Shown: positions 18,935-28,549 of the stretch, piece by piece
Position numbering within the stretch: position 1 is the first letter of the stretch
Layout of the letters: every line of letters starts with the position of its first letter
DNA from: Candidatus Melainabacteria bacterium
Lineage (GTDB): Bacteria; Cyanobacteriota; Vampirovibrionia; 2-02-FULL-35-15
Direction: 5' to 3'
Length of the DNA: 64,000 bases
Assembly: GCA_023250155.1 (NCBI GenBank)
Contig: JAHFBG010000005.1
Location: 89,057 to 153,056, forward strand
The notes under the pieces: generated by a model
The model's database searches: none
Seen by the model: the letters and a program-made list of their open reading frames with translations, nothing else
What the model was told of the DNA's origin: nothing
Translations under genes and position numbers: made by a program

Positions 18935-21754
18935 GTGATAAGTAAAATCACTCCAAATAGATTAATAGGTTCCCTAGTACTAGGTTCAGCTTTTATTGTG
19001 GGTTCACAAGGCATATCTGCAGATAAAAAAGAAAGTCCAAAAGTTTTGAATGAGAAAGGTGACAAATCCTTACCTAAACAAAATATAACATTAGACAAAT
19101 TAACTCTTTCAAAAGAAGTATTACAAGAAAAACTATTTAAACAAGTTGAAATATTAAAACCAGGTACAAAAGAAAGAAAAGAAGTACTTGAGATTTTAAA
19201 ACAAAAAGCTGTTTTTGAATTTGAATCTCCAAACAGAAATGAGATTGGGAAAAAGCTAATCCAACTTATGGAGAAAAATAAAAATGCAGAGAGTTGGAAA
19301 GATTTAGCATCAACTATTTTAGATATAATGGAGAAACAAGCATTAGAAAATAAAGAAATTTTACGTGTTGATAACTGGACGGGTAAGGTCGATAAAATAA
19401 AACTCAATGAAGAGTTAATGACTCCATTTGCTAAATGTTTAATATCTGCCTTTGATGATAAATCTCCTGAAGAGTTAAAGACACAAGCTCAAGTTCAAAT
19501 AATCAATTTAATATATCCACCTTTTATATATAAAGAACCTTTCAAAGAATTTCATAAAATACTATTTCAAGAAATAAGTAACGTTCCAGAAGACAAACAA
19601 AAAGAAGTAGCAGTAAAGCTTCGTGACATCACTGGCATTCACTTCAACCATATGGCACATTTACAAAAGCATGAATATACTATCGTGTGGGAATTAGCTA
19701 GAACAATAGCACCTTCCTGTGAAACTATTTTAAAAACAAATTTAAAACTCCTAGCAAGTGATGATTTGACAAAAAAAACTATAGCAACAGATAACTTAAT
19801 AGCTTTAAATAATGTTTTTAGTTTTTCATCGTCAAGATCAGTTTTACATAGAGAAATGAATGCTGTTAAACATATGGATCAGTTTTTCAAAGGAACACTA
19901 ACAAAAGATCCTAAATTACTAAGCACTCAAGAACTAGAAGTCACTATTAAAGCAAGTCAAGCTCTTCTTGAGCTATGTAGTGAAAATCCAATTGAATACC
20001 ATAAATCATATCAAAGCTGGCTACAAAAACAGATTGATAATATACTCATAGATACTTCTAAAGAAAAGCAAATTCTTATAGAAGATGCCATAGCACATGA
20101 GGCAAATCGCAGTTATCTCCACCCACCAGAAATAAGAAAAGAATTTCAACCACTTATAGAAAAATACACAAAACTAACCGTACAGAATTTAGATAATCCT
20201 TTATTTCTAGGTAAAGCTTTAGATACATTTATCATATTCAGGGATCGTATAGTGAACTCATCATACGACATAGACCCTAAAATAAAAAATAACCTTAGTG
20301 AATCTACTATCAACTTATTGGATTTTATAATTGATGGAATTAACAAACTCCCAGAAAGTAAAGAGAAAACTCTTCTTAGGAGTCATATACTTTCAATACC
20401 AGCTTACTTAAGCGCTGAAGAAAAAGCCAAACAAAATAAACTCATTGAAAAGCTCTCTGATTTTTACTGTAAGCAACCTCATAATATAGAAGAGTTTTTA
20501 CAAGTTAGAGGATCCTTATTATATGAAGATCTTACATCTAGCTGGTCTCCTTATATGCTTCATAGTTTTGTATCTAAGAATTTAGACTATTTCGAAAAGA
20601 ATACTAATCAAATTCTTGAATCGCACAAAAAGGCTAAAGAGCCAGAGCATAAGCTATCTACTAGAATCCAAGTACTAGAGCTCTATAAATTCTTTTCAAG
20701 ATTAGAAGAGTCTGAGAATTTGGATGTGTGGTTAAAAACAAGAAATCTAAAAACTCGTTATGAGTTAGGTTCAAAAGAATTACAACCTCTAATATTGAAA
20801 ACAAGTTCTTTCTTTAAAGAAAAACTAGAAAGGCCTTTGTTTAAAATCATCTTATCTGAGATTGACAATGAAACAGTAAAAAGTAAAAAAACAAAAAGTG
20901 GGCAAATCCTTACAGACAATGTAACCTGGAAAGCATTAAACCGAGAACTCCAAATCTTAGTAAAGCTAAGACCATCACTAAGTAGTGAAATCAGAGAAAC
21001 TATAGTTAAGAGATTAAAAAAAGACTCAGATCCACACATCCGCGAAATGTGTTATGAAACTTTAAGAGCTACATTGTCTCGTGAACATAATATTGATAAA
21101 GATCTAATGAGTATTTTAAAAGATGGTATAGCTAAAGAAACCTCACCAGAAGCTATTCGTGGCATAAGTAAAGTTTTATCTGAATATTATATTCTTAGCA
21201 ATAAAAAAGATGGCTCATATTTTAATCCATTTAGAGATCTTTCAAAAGTAAAAGACATAAAATACGAAGAAGTCTCACCCCTATTTACTATTACCTTAGA
21301 CGCTATTCGTATATTAGGAGGAGATGGTGATTTGTTCAAAGCATATCTTCCTCACCATACATTTAAACCTGAAAAGGATGGAAGCATAAATAAAGATGAT
21401 CTTAAAGCCATATTACAGCTTAGAAAAAACGCATTTCTTACCCTTGCAAATACTGGAATTAATATTTCTACATCTGCACCAGACTATAGAGATAGTGTAA
21501 TGAACTATCTGGAAAGAAGATTAGAGAGATATGCTCCTCCAGATGACTTGATAAAAATCTGGGGAGAAGAAGCCACTGCTTTAATAAAAATTTACTCTAC
21601 CCTTGATTCAACAACAAAAAGCAATTCAGAGATTCAATTTAATTCTAAGCTTGATTTTTTAAGAGAAAAGTTTTTTGAGGGCACTCCTACATACTATGAA
21701 ATTGAAGGAAAAAAAAACTATACATCTCAATTCCACTATTCAACCATATCCTAG
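18935..21754 (+). CDS. Secreted α-helical protein, paralog 2 of the 15019 family; N-terminal 939 codons end at a frameshift in an A9 tract
   Basis: GTG start and signal-peptide-like N-terminus. Homology to paralog 1 continues past the stop in the -1 frame. Confidence 0.5.
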   Translation: MISKITPNRLIGSLVLGSAFIVGSQGISADKKESPKVLNEKGDKSLPKQNITLDKLTLSKEVLQEKLFKQVEILKPGTKERKEVLEILKQKAVFEFESPNRNEIGKKLIQLMEKNKNAESWKDLASTILDIMEKQALENKEILRVDNWTGKVDKIKLNEELMTPFAKCLISAFDDKSPEELKTQAQVQIINLIYPPFIYKEPFKEFHKILFQEISNVPEDKQKEVAVKLRDITGIHFNHMAHLQKHEYTIVWELARTIAPSCETILKTNLKLLASDDLTKKTIATDNLIALNNVFSFSSSRSVLHREMNAVKHMDQFFKGTLTKDPKLLSTQELEVTIKASQALLELCSENPIEYHKSYQSWLQKQIDNILIDTSKEKQILIEDAIAHEANRSYLHPPEIRKEFQPLIEKYTKLTVQNLDNPLFLGKALDTFIIFRDRIVNSSYDIDPKIKNNLSESTINLLDFIIDGINKLPESKEKTLLRSHILSIPAYLSAEEKAKQNKLIEKLSDFYCKQPHNIEEFLQVRGSLLYEDLTSSWSPYMLHSFVSKNLDYFEKNTNQILESHKKAKEPEHKLSTRIQVLELYKFFSRLEESENLDVWLKTRNLKTRYELGSKELQPLILKTSSFFKEKLERPLFKIILSEIDNETVKSKKTKSGQILTDNVTWKALNRELQILVKLRPSLSSEIRETIVKRLKKDSDPHIREMCYETLRATLSREHNIDKDLMSILKDGIAKETSPEAIRGISKVLSEYYILSNKKDGSYFNPFRDLSKVKDIKYEEVSPLFTITLDAIRILGGDGDLFKAYLPHHTFKPEKDGSINKDDLKAILQLRKNAFLTLANTGINISTSAPDYRDSVMNYLERRLERYAPPDDLIKIWGEEATALIKIYSTLDSTTKSNSEIQFNSKLDFLREKFFEGTPTYYEIEGKKNYTSQFHYSTIS

Positions 21755-22038
21755 AATATGAATTTATAAAATTAAATCCACAGGAAAACAGAAAAATCAT
21801 TGATGAAATATACAGAACTCCTAAGACAGGTGAACAAGTGAGAGAGATGATTTTTAAAGAAGCACCTAGACTACAAGGCAAGTATCTAAAGATGAGACAA
21901 GATTTTGCATTGACTATTCTAAACACCTTAGCTGACAGTCCACATACAAGTCTTAGTACCCATGCAGATTATTTAAGATTAATGGGTTATAGAGACTATG
22001 AGTTAAAAGAAGCTTTAGAAAATTTTATTCCGCAGTAG
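21716..22038 (+). pseudogene. Out-of-frame C-terminal continuation of paralog 2 (..IPLFNHILEYEFIKLNPQENRKIID..MGYRDYELKEALENFIPQ)
   Basis: Matches the paralog 1 C-terminus (IPFFNAVLESEFIRLNPDENRKIID…LGYRNDEIREVV). One extra A in the A9 run at 21709..21717 would fuse it to 18935..21754. Confidence 0.5.
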
Positions 22039-22043
22039 TTAAA

Positions 22044-22160
22044 AAAAGCATCTTTCATTCCACAGTGCCCTCCCTCAACTCCTCTGACCATTAACTAAGC
22101 GTTAACGGTTCCCCTCGGGGCATTCGGGAGTGGCACTGCTACATCATGCTTTTTTTTACA
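22044..22160 (+). repeat. Copy A of a ~110-nt nested-hairpin repeat element ending in a T-tract; probably acts as a terminator
   Basis: aaagcat…agtgccctccc…ccattaactaagcgttaacgg…cccctcgggg…gggagtggcact…atgcttttttt. Second copy at 23077..23185. Confidence 0.5.
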
Positions 22161-22226
22161 CTTAATCTATCCCAGACCTACTAACAAATCTCTTTTACCA
22201 ACTTCATGTTAATATAATCAACAATT

Positions 22227-23042
22227 ATGGTCATAACAGAAGAAAAAACAAGCAAATCAATTAACGAAAGAGAAAACGCTGTAAGACAAACAAGCACAAT
22301 AAGCTTAAACCTTTTTAATTATTGTTTTTTGATTTATTATTATTTAGTAAAAGAGATTAAAAAAAATGCTCATTATGCTAAAGGAGTATTGCTTGATGTA
22401 GGATGTGGATCTTCTCCATTTCAAAACTATTTTCTACCTCACATAGAAAAATATTTAAAACACGAACATCCCCTTGCTGTAAAACCAAACATTGAATATG
22501 ACTATCTTTCAGAACTACCAGAAATAAACGCACCCACAAATTCAATAGATACAATAATTTCATTCTCAGTTTTAGAACATGTAAGCGAACCATTTGAAGC
22601 CATAAAGGAGTTTAAAAGAATTTTAAAAGATAATGGAGTATTCATGATATCTGTTCCACAGTATTGGCATCTTCATGAAGAACCCCATGACTATCTTAGA
22701 TTTACAAAACACGTACTGAGAGAAAAAATTACTAAATTAGGTTTTAAGATCTTATACATGAAAGAAGAAGGAAAGTCTTTTGCTACTGTAGGCCAGGCTT
22801 TTTGTAATGCAATTATTTTAATGTTTGAATTAAAACATGTTAAAAATATTGTTAATTTTCTATCAGGAAAAAAAGTAGATAATATTGGGAAAAGTATTAT
22901 TTATGCTATTTACAAATCTCCTTTAATTCTTTTAGCAATTATCCTAATACCACTTATCAATTTAATCTTTTTAACCTTAGATCAAATACTAGGTAGCCCA
23001 AGAGATACTATTGGGTATTTTGTTATTGCAAGAAAAGTTTAA
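22227..23042 (+). CDS. Class I SAM-dependent methyltransferase (type 11-like)
   Basis: LLDVGCGSSPF motif I, FSVLEHV motif. Flanked by two copies of the structured repeat. Confidence 0.55.
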   Translation: MVITEEKTSKSINERENAVRQTSTISLNLFNYCFLIYYYLVKEIKKNAHYAKGVLLDVGCGSSPFQNYFLPHIEKYLKHEHPLAVKPNIEYDYLSELPEINAPTNSIDTIISFSVLEHVSEPFEAIKEFKRILKDNGVFMISVPQYWHLHEEPHDYLRFTKHVLREKITKLGFKILYMKEEGKSFATVGQAFCNAIILMFELKHVKNIVNFLSGKKVDNIGKSIIYAIYKSPLILLAIILIPLINLIFLTLDQILGSPRDTIGYFVIARKV

Positions 23043-23076
23043 ATGTATTAACTGGTATTGCATCTCTGAATACAAA

Positions 23077-23185
23077 AAGCATCTTACACTCCATATTGCC
23101 TTCCCTCAGCCCCTCCGACCATTAACTAGGCGTTAACAGTTCCCGTCGGGACATTCGGGAATGGCAATATTAAATCGTGCTTTTT
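23077..23185 (+). repeat. Copy B of the nested-hairpin repeat element
   Basis: About 85% identical to copy A. Differences are compensatory in stems (agtgcc/ggcact becomes attgcc/ggcaat; ctccc/gggag becomes ttccc/gggaa). Confidence 0.5.
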
Positions 23186-23251
23186 GTATTTAGTTATTTA
23201 GCCATCATTGACTTTTTAACAGACCCTGTAATTTGTTGTATATTAATATCC

Positions 23252-24346
23252 ATGAAAGCAGTTATTCTAAGCGGTGGTTCTGGACAAAGATTAGCACCAC
23301 TTACAAACACAATTACAAAACAACTTTTACCTGTTGCAAATAAACCAACATTGTTTCACATATTAGATCTAATCAAAGAAGAAACGCCAATAAAATCTAT
23401 CTGTGTCGTTGTCAGTGAAGAGTATGGTCATAAGGTAAAAGAAACCCTCTTGAACTCAGAACATGCAAAATACTTTGAGTTTGATTTTGTGTTTCAAGAC
23501 AAACCCCTTGGTTTAGCTCATGCTGTGCAGATTACAAATATGCATATGGGTGAAGAACAATTTCTTATGTTTCTTGGAGACATCTTAATAAACAAAGGAG
23601 AGCTAAAAGCTGCCTATGAACAGTTTATAAAAAACAAACCTGAAAGTCTTGTTTTAGTAAAAGAGGTTGAAGACCCAAGACCATATGGAATAGCTGAAGT
23701 TACAAATGGCAAAGTCACAAAGCTTGTAGAAAAGCCTCAGGACCCTAAATCTAATTTATGCTTGTCTGGAATTTATCTTTTTAATCCTTCCATTTTTTAT
23801 GCTATTGCAAATATAAAACCTAGCTATAGAGGTGAACTTGAAATAACGGATGCTGTGGATTTTCTAATACAACAAAAAAACACAGTAGAGTACTACATTA
23901 TAAAAAGCTGGTGGTTTGATGTAGGTACACCTGAAAACATGTTAAAAGGTAATGAGGTTTTATTAAATAACATTTCAAATACCATTAATTCAAAACTTAA
24001 CAATACTGTCAAAATACAAGGAAAAGTATCGATAGATCAAAATGTCATCATTGAAGATTCTGAAATAGTAGGTCCTGTAATCATTGCAAAGAATGCTCAC
24101 ATAAAGGGTTGTAAGATAGGTCCTTATGTAAGCCTTGGTGAAAGTGTCACATTAAAAAACACAAAAGTTGAAAACTCAATAATTAGAGAAAACTCTAGGG
24201 TAAAAAACTTCACAAGGATAATTTCAAATAGTGTTCTTGGAAAAAATGTAGAATTGGCTCTTGAAGACAATACTCAAGCAGTAAGCGGAAACAGCAAAAA
24301 GGTAAAAGTAATTTTAGGAGATGATACAAAATGCACATCATTGTAA
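23252..24346 (+). CDS. Sugar-1-phosphate nucleotidylyltransferase, RmlA-like long form with C-terminal left-handed β-helix
   Basis: MKAVILSGGSGQRLAPLT…KQLLPVANKP N-terminus, G1P-thymidylyltransferase-like. C-terminal hexapeptide-repeat region. Likely true start at Met 23252, not 23177. Confidence 0.7.
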   Translation: MKAVILSGGSGQRLAPLTNTITKQLLPVANKPTLFHILDLIKEETPIKSICVVVSEEYGHKVKETLLNSEHAKYFEFDFVFQDKPLGLAHAVQITNMHMGEEQFLMFLGDILINKGELKAAYEQFIKNKPESLVLVKEVEDPRPYGIAEVTNGKVTKLVEKPQDPKSNLCLSGIYLFNPSIFYAIANIKPSYRGELEITDAVDFLIQQKNTVEYYIIKSWWFDVGTPENMLKGNEVLLNNISNTINSKLNNTVKIQGKVSIDQNVIIEDSEIVGPVIIAKNAHIKGCKIGPYVSLGESVTLKNTKVENSIIRENSRVKNFTRIISNSVLGKNVELALEDNTQAVSGNSKKVKVILGDDTKCTSL

Positions 24347-25314
24347 CTGGTGGTTTAGGTTTTATTGGTTCAAACTTCATTAGACATCTCATCAATGAGA
24401 ATAAAGATATTTTCATTACAAATATTGATGCCCAGACTTATGCAGGAAGGCTTGATAATTTACAAGATATTGAAAAACACAAGAACTATCAGTATTTTAA
24501 GGGAAACATTCAAGACTATGATTTCATTCAAAATATAGTTAGAACTTATAAGCCTGATGCCATAATTAATTTTGCTGCTGAAACCCATGTAGACAGAAGC
24601 ATTACAAAAGCACAACCTTTTATTGAAACAAATATTATTGGCACTCACACGCTGCTTGAAGTAGCACTTAAAGAAAAGCTAAAAAAATACATCCAAATAA
24701 GCACTGATGAAGTCTATGGCTCAATTAATCCACCAGACAAATTCACTGAAACAAATTTAATCAAACCAAATAGTCCATACTCAGCCAGCAAAGCCTCAGC
24801 TGATCACTTAGTCAGAGCATACAATAAAACATATGGCTTAAACACTGTAATCATAAGATGTTCAAACAATTTTGGTCCTTATCAATTCCCTGAAAAAGTG
24901 ATCCCATTATTTATTTCCAATGCTATAGAAAATAAAAAAGTCCCTGTCTATGGTGATGGTTTAAATGTAAGAGATTGGATTTATGTCTTAGATTTCTGTT
25001 CAGCTATTTCACTGATTCTTGAAAAAGGGAAATCTGGTGAAGTCTATAATGTAGGTGGTGATTATGAAACAACAAACCTAGAACTCACAAAAACTATTCT
25101 TAAAAGACTGGAAAAAACAGAAGAATTAATAAACTATGTAGAAGATAGACTAGGACATGATCGTAGATATGCCATGGACACTACAAAAATCAGCACAGAA
25201 CTTGGCTGGAAGAAAAAACACGATTTTAATGAAGCACTAGATTTAACTATAGATTGGTATAAGAAAAACACAGTGTGGGTTGAAAGAAGAACTAAAGCAT
25301 CTGTAGTTAGATAA
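24331..25314 (+). CDS. rfbB: dTDP-glucose 4,6-dehydratase
   Basis: TGGLGFIGSNF Rossmann motif, STDEVYG, YSASKASADHLVRAY catalytic YxxxK. Overlaps the upstream gene by 16 nt. Confidence 0.85.
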   Translation: MHIIVTGGLGFIGSNFIRHLINENKDIFITNIDAQTYAGRLDNLQDIEKHKNYQYFKGNIQDYDFIQNIVRTYKPDAIINFAAETHVDRSITKAQPFIETNIIGTHTLLEVALKEKLKKYIQISTDEVYGSINPPDKFTETNLIKPNSPYSASKASADHLVRAYNKTYGLNTVIIRCSNNFGPYQFPEKVIPLFISNAIENKKVPVYGDGLNVRDWIYVLDFCSAISLILEKGKSGEVYNVGGDYETTNLELTKTILKRLEKTEELINYVEDRLGHDRRYAMDTTKISTELGWKKKHDFNEALDLTIDWYKKNTVWVERRTKASVVR

Positions 25315-25421
25315 ATACAACATGAATCCCAGATTGCTAAACCTATTAATCAAAGAAGGAGAAGGCTTAACCACTGAGTTCAAAGAAAAAATCACATCTA
25401 ACAATATATTTATACCCATTC

Positions 25422-25452
25422 TTGAGTTATAAAACCCTAGTTTATAACTCAA
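25422..25452. terminator. Bidirectional hairpin between convergent rfbB and asnB-like genes
   Basis: Perfect 11-bp stem ttgagttataa / ttataactcaa with 7-nt loop. Confidence 0.35.
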
Positions 25453-25511
25453 TATCTTTAAAAAATTCCTTAAACCCTCTAACATTTCCAGGGAATTGTT
25501 TCTCTAAAACA

Positions 25512-27509
25512 CTAAGCTAAAACAGCTTTAGTGATCTTACGCCCATCTATTTTTCGTTTCAAGAGCTTTTCAACAACTGGTTTAGATGGTTTATACATAG
25601 AAGATTTTATGAAGTTTTTATAAAGCAACACGGTGGATAAAAGAAAGATAAATGTTTGATTCTCTCTGTGACTTATTTGATTTTTTGGTGTATTTTTTAA
25701 TTTTTCAATTAACTTAAGTACAAAATCCGAATTTATAAAATCAATCTTTTTTAACTCATTCTCAGATAATACACAAGACAGATAATCAATCGGTTTATCA
25801 GTGTGTAAAAAAGCAGCTGCATCTGGTGATCTATATGCATGTTTAGATTTTTCTATAACGCTCTTTGGAATACAACCTTTAAAAGCTTGCTTTAGAATGT
25901 ATTTTTCTTCTACATCATTTCTTAACTTTAAATCTATAGGCAAAGAACATGCAAAATTTACAACATTTGGATCTAAAAATGGCAACCTGCTTTCTACACC
26001 ATGTGAAAAGCTCATCCTATCACCCTGGGTAGACAAAAGATATCCAGCTAACATTGTTCTTGACTCTAAATACTGAGACTTTTGTAATTTTGTTAAGTGA
26101 TTAAACTCATCCTTATGCAAATCTAAATATTTTTTTAAACAGTTAAGTCCATCTCCCAAAGAAGATAAGATACGAGTATTAAAGCTAGAACTATTAAATC
26201 TTGTTTCATGCGAAAACAACCCAGGTATTTTTTCATCTACTGATCTATCATAAAGAGCCATAAGTTTAGGAGCATTTTCCTGAAAGAATTCCTCATAAGG
26301 ATTTAATATTTGTAGACGAGATTTCTTTTCTTCACTAGATAAACTATTCCATGAGATTCTTAATAATGTTTCTTTAAATAAATCATATCCTAAAAAAAAC
26401 TCATCTGATCCTTCGCCAGTTAAAACGACTTTTATTCCTTCTTTTTGTACCATTTTAGATAAAAGATACATTGGAACAAAAGCTGTTCTAAAGACAGGTA
26501 CCTCTGCATGCCAAAGTGCACTTAAAAAAGATTCTCTAATGTGATCATTGGTAACACACAAACTACTATGCTTTGTACCCAGATATTCGCTGACTTCTTT
26601 TTGATATTTTGACTCATCAAATAGAGGATCTTCAAAAGCAATTGAAAAAGTCCTTACAGTGTGATTTGAAAGCTTTGTAGCAAGGTATGTTGTAATCGAA
26701 GAATCAATACCCCCACTAAGGTAAGTACCAACTTCTACATCACTCCTCAAACGGATTTTGACACTATCTGACAGAACTTCTCTGGTTCTTTCAATAGCTT
26801 CATCTTCAGAGCCAGAAAAAGTAGATGTTTTAAAATCCAGAAGATAATAAGGTTCAATTTTTGCAGAGCCTTTTTCATCTACTAAAACATAGCTTCCAAT
26901 TGGTACCTGATGAATATTTTTATATACAGTTTGATCTGGCAATGAGGTCCAGATAGTAAATGCTGAGCGTAATTGATCAAGATCAAAATCTATTTCTATA
27001 TTCTTATGAGGAATAAATGATTTTATTTCAGAAGCAAAATACCATTGTCCATTAAGATTTGTATAATATAACGGTCTTTCACCAAACTTATCTCTTACTA
27101 AATAAAGCTTACATTCTTTTTTGTCATAAATTGCAAATGCAAAGCCACCGTTTAGTTGAATAAATGACTTTTCGCGCCAAGCTATAAAAGCATTTAATAC
27201 AACTTCTGTATCAGAGTTCGTTCTAAATACATAACTAAGTTCTTCTAACTCGCTCCTTAGTTCTTTATAGTTATAAACTTCACCACTATAGACTATCCAG
27301 TAACGCTCAGAAACATCTGAAATAGGTTGTTGACCTGAAATTAAATCAATAATACTAAGCCTGGCTGTTCCAAAAGCAACTCTATCATCAAAGTAATATC
27401 CCATTTCATCTGGGCCACGATGAGTGATCATAGAGAGCATTTCACAAATCAACTCTGGATAAGTCTCTGGACTTTCATTAATATTATAAAATCCAACTAT
27501 TCCACACAT
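25512..27509 (-). CDS. Asparagine synthase (glutamine-hydrolysing)-like amidotransferase, WbpS-type in glycan clusters
   Basis: MCGIVGF N-terminal nucleophile, class II glutamine amidotransferase domain, SGGIDSS PP-loop. Confidence 0.8.
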   Translation of the reverse strand: MCGIVGFYNINESPETYPELICEMLSMITHRGPDEMGYYFDDRVAFGTARLSIIDLISGQQPISDVSERYWIVYSGEVYNYKELRSELEELSYVFRTNSDTEVVLNAFIAWREKSFIQLNGGFAFAIYDKKECKLYLVRDKFGERPLYYTNLNGQWYFASEIKSFIPHKNIEIDFDLDQLRSAFTIWTSLPDQTVYKNIHQVPIGSYVLVDEKGSAKIEPYYLLDFKTSTFSGSEDEAIERTREVLSDSVKIRLRSDVEVGTYLSGGIDSSITTYLATKLSNHTVRTFSIAFEDPLFDESKYQKEVSEYLGTKHSSLCVTNDHIRESFLSALWHAEVPVFRTAFVPMYLLSKMVQKEGIKVVLTGEGSDEFFLGYDLFKETLLRISWNSLSSEEKKSRLQILNPYEEFFQENAPKLMALYDRSVDEKIPGLFSHETRFNSSSFNTRILSSLGDGLNCLKKYLDLHKDEFNHLTKLQKSQYLESRTMLAGYLLSTQGDRMSFSHGVESRLPFLDPNVVNFACSLPIDLKLRNDVEEKYILKQAFKGCIPKSVIEKSKHAYRSPDAAAFLHTDKPIDYLSCVLSENELKKIDFINSDFVLKLIEKLKNTPKNQISHRENQTFIFLLSTVLLYKNFIKSSMYKPSKPVVEKLLKRKIDGRKITKAVLA

Positions 27510-27514
27510 GATTT

Positions 27515-28549
27515 CTAAATCTCGCTAAGTGCTAGCCCAACCTTATCCATTTGGTCTGTTAATTCGGAGAAATCAGGGATTTCAGTTACTTTTTTAAGAC
27601 CTAGCTCTCTATCCATCAATCCATATCTAACCTGTTCTGCAACTTCAAATTCATATGCATGAAATTTGTGTTTTTTATAGTGAATGGCAACTCCTAAATC
27701 ATTCAGCAAGCAGTTGCTGGAATTTCTTCCAGTATCTTGTGGTTTAATCCAACCTAAGTCTTTAATTGCAGTAATGATATCTTCTTCACCTATTGAAAGA
27801 GTAAGCATAGGATTAATGATAGTTACAGAGTTTCTATTTGCATTTGAAATTAAACTATCTTTGATAAAGAAAAATTTACTTGAACCTTGTCCAAATAAAC
27901 TATTATATTTCTCTAACAATGGCTTCTTTAATTGTTCTCTTTGTATTAAATTCATATTTAGCATAGAAGCATTTTTTGGCACCTGCCCACCAATATAACC
28001 ACCAGCTACAATTGGAGCTTCATGCAATAGTGCAAGCTTTATCATATAGTTGTTTATTAAATTTATACATGAATTACAAACAGAACTCACTCTTTTAATA
28101 GCAGCTTGATTTTGAACACCACCAGTTGTGATACTTGTTTTATACATATTCATCATAAAACTAGGTGCGGGTTTAAACATTAAAAAATCTACCCCCAAAG
28201 CTTCAGTAACTATGTAACAATTTTTTACCGCCTGTGAAGACATAAAATCATTGTCAATGGTAACTGCCAAACAGTTTAAATTATAGTGTTTAGTAAGATG
28301 CATTAAAGTATATGTAGAATCTTTACCACCACTATAAGCTACAATACAGTCATATTCACCTTTTCCTCTACTTTTCTCAATTTCAGCTTCCATTAAAGCT
28401 TGTAGTTGATTCCTCTCAGACTCAAGATCTTTTGAATCAGGGGTTTCTTGGCAGTACTCGCAAAGTCCTTTTTCATTAAAACTTATATTCGGAAAAGTCT
28501 CTGGAATAGTACATCTAATACAGCGTTGTAACTCACTGGCTTTTTTCAT
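27515..28549 (-). CDS. N-acetyl sugar amidotransferase (PP-loop ATPase, WbpG/WbuX-like)
   Basis: N-terminal Cys-x2-Cys…Cys-x2-Cys zinc ribbon (CIRCTIPETFP…CEYCQ) followed by AYSGGKDSTY PP-loop. Confidence 0.65.
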   Translation of the reverse strand: MKKASELQRCIRCTIPETFPNISFNEKGLCEYCQETPDSKDLESERNQLQALMEAEIEKSRGKGEYDCIVAYSGGKDSTYTLMHLTKHYNLNCLAVTIDNDFMSSQAVKNCYIVTEALGVDFLMFKPAPSFMMNMYKTSITTGGVQNQAAIKRVSSVCNSCINLINNYMIKLALLHEAPIVAGGYIGGQVPKNASMLNMNLIQREQLKKPLLEKYNSLFGQGSSKFFFIKDSLISNANRNSVTIINPMLTLSIGEEDIITAIKDLGWIKPQDTGRNSSNCLLNDLGVAIHYKKHKFHAYEFEVAEQVRYGLMDRELGLKKVTEIPDFSELTDQMDKVGLALSEI

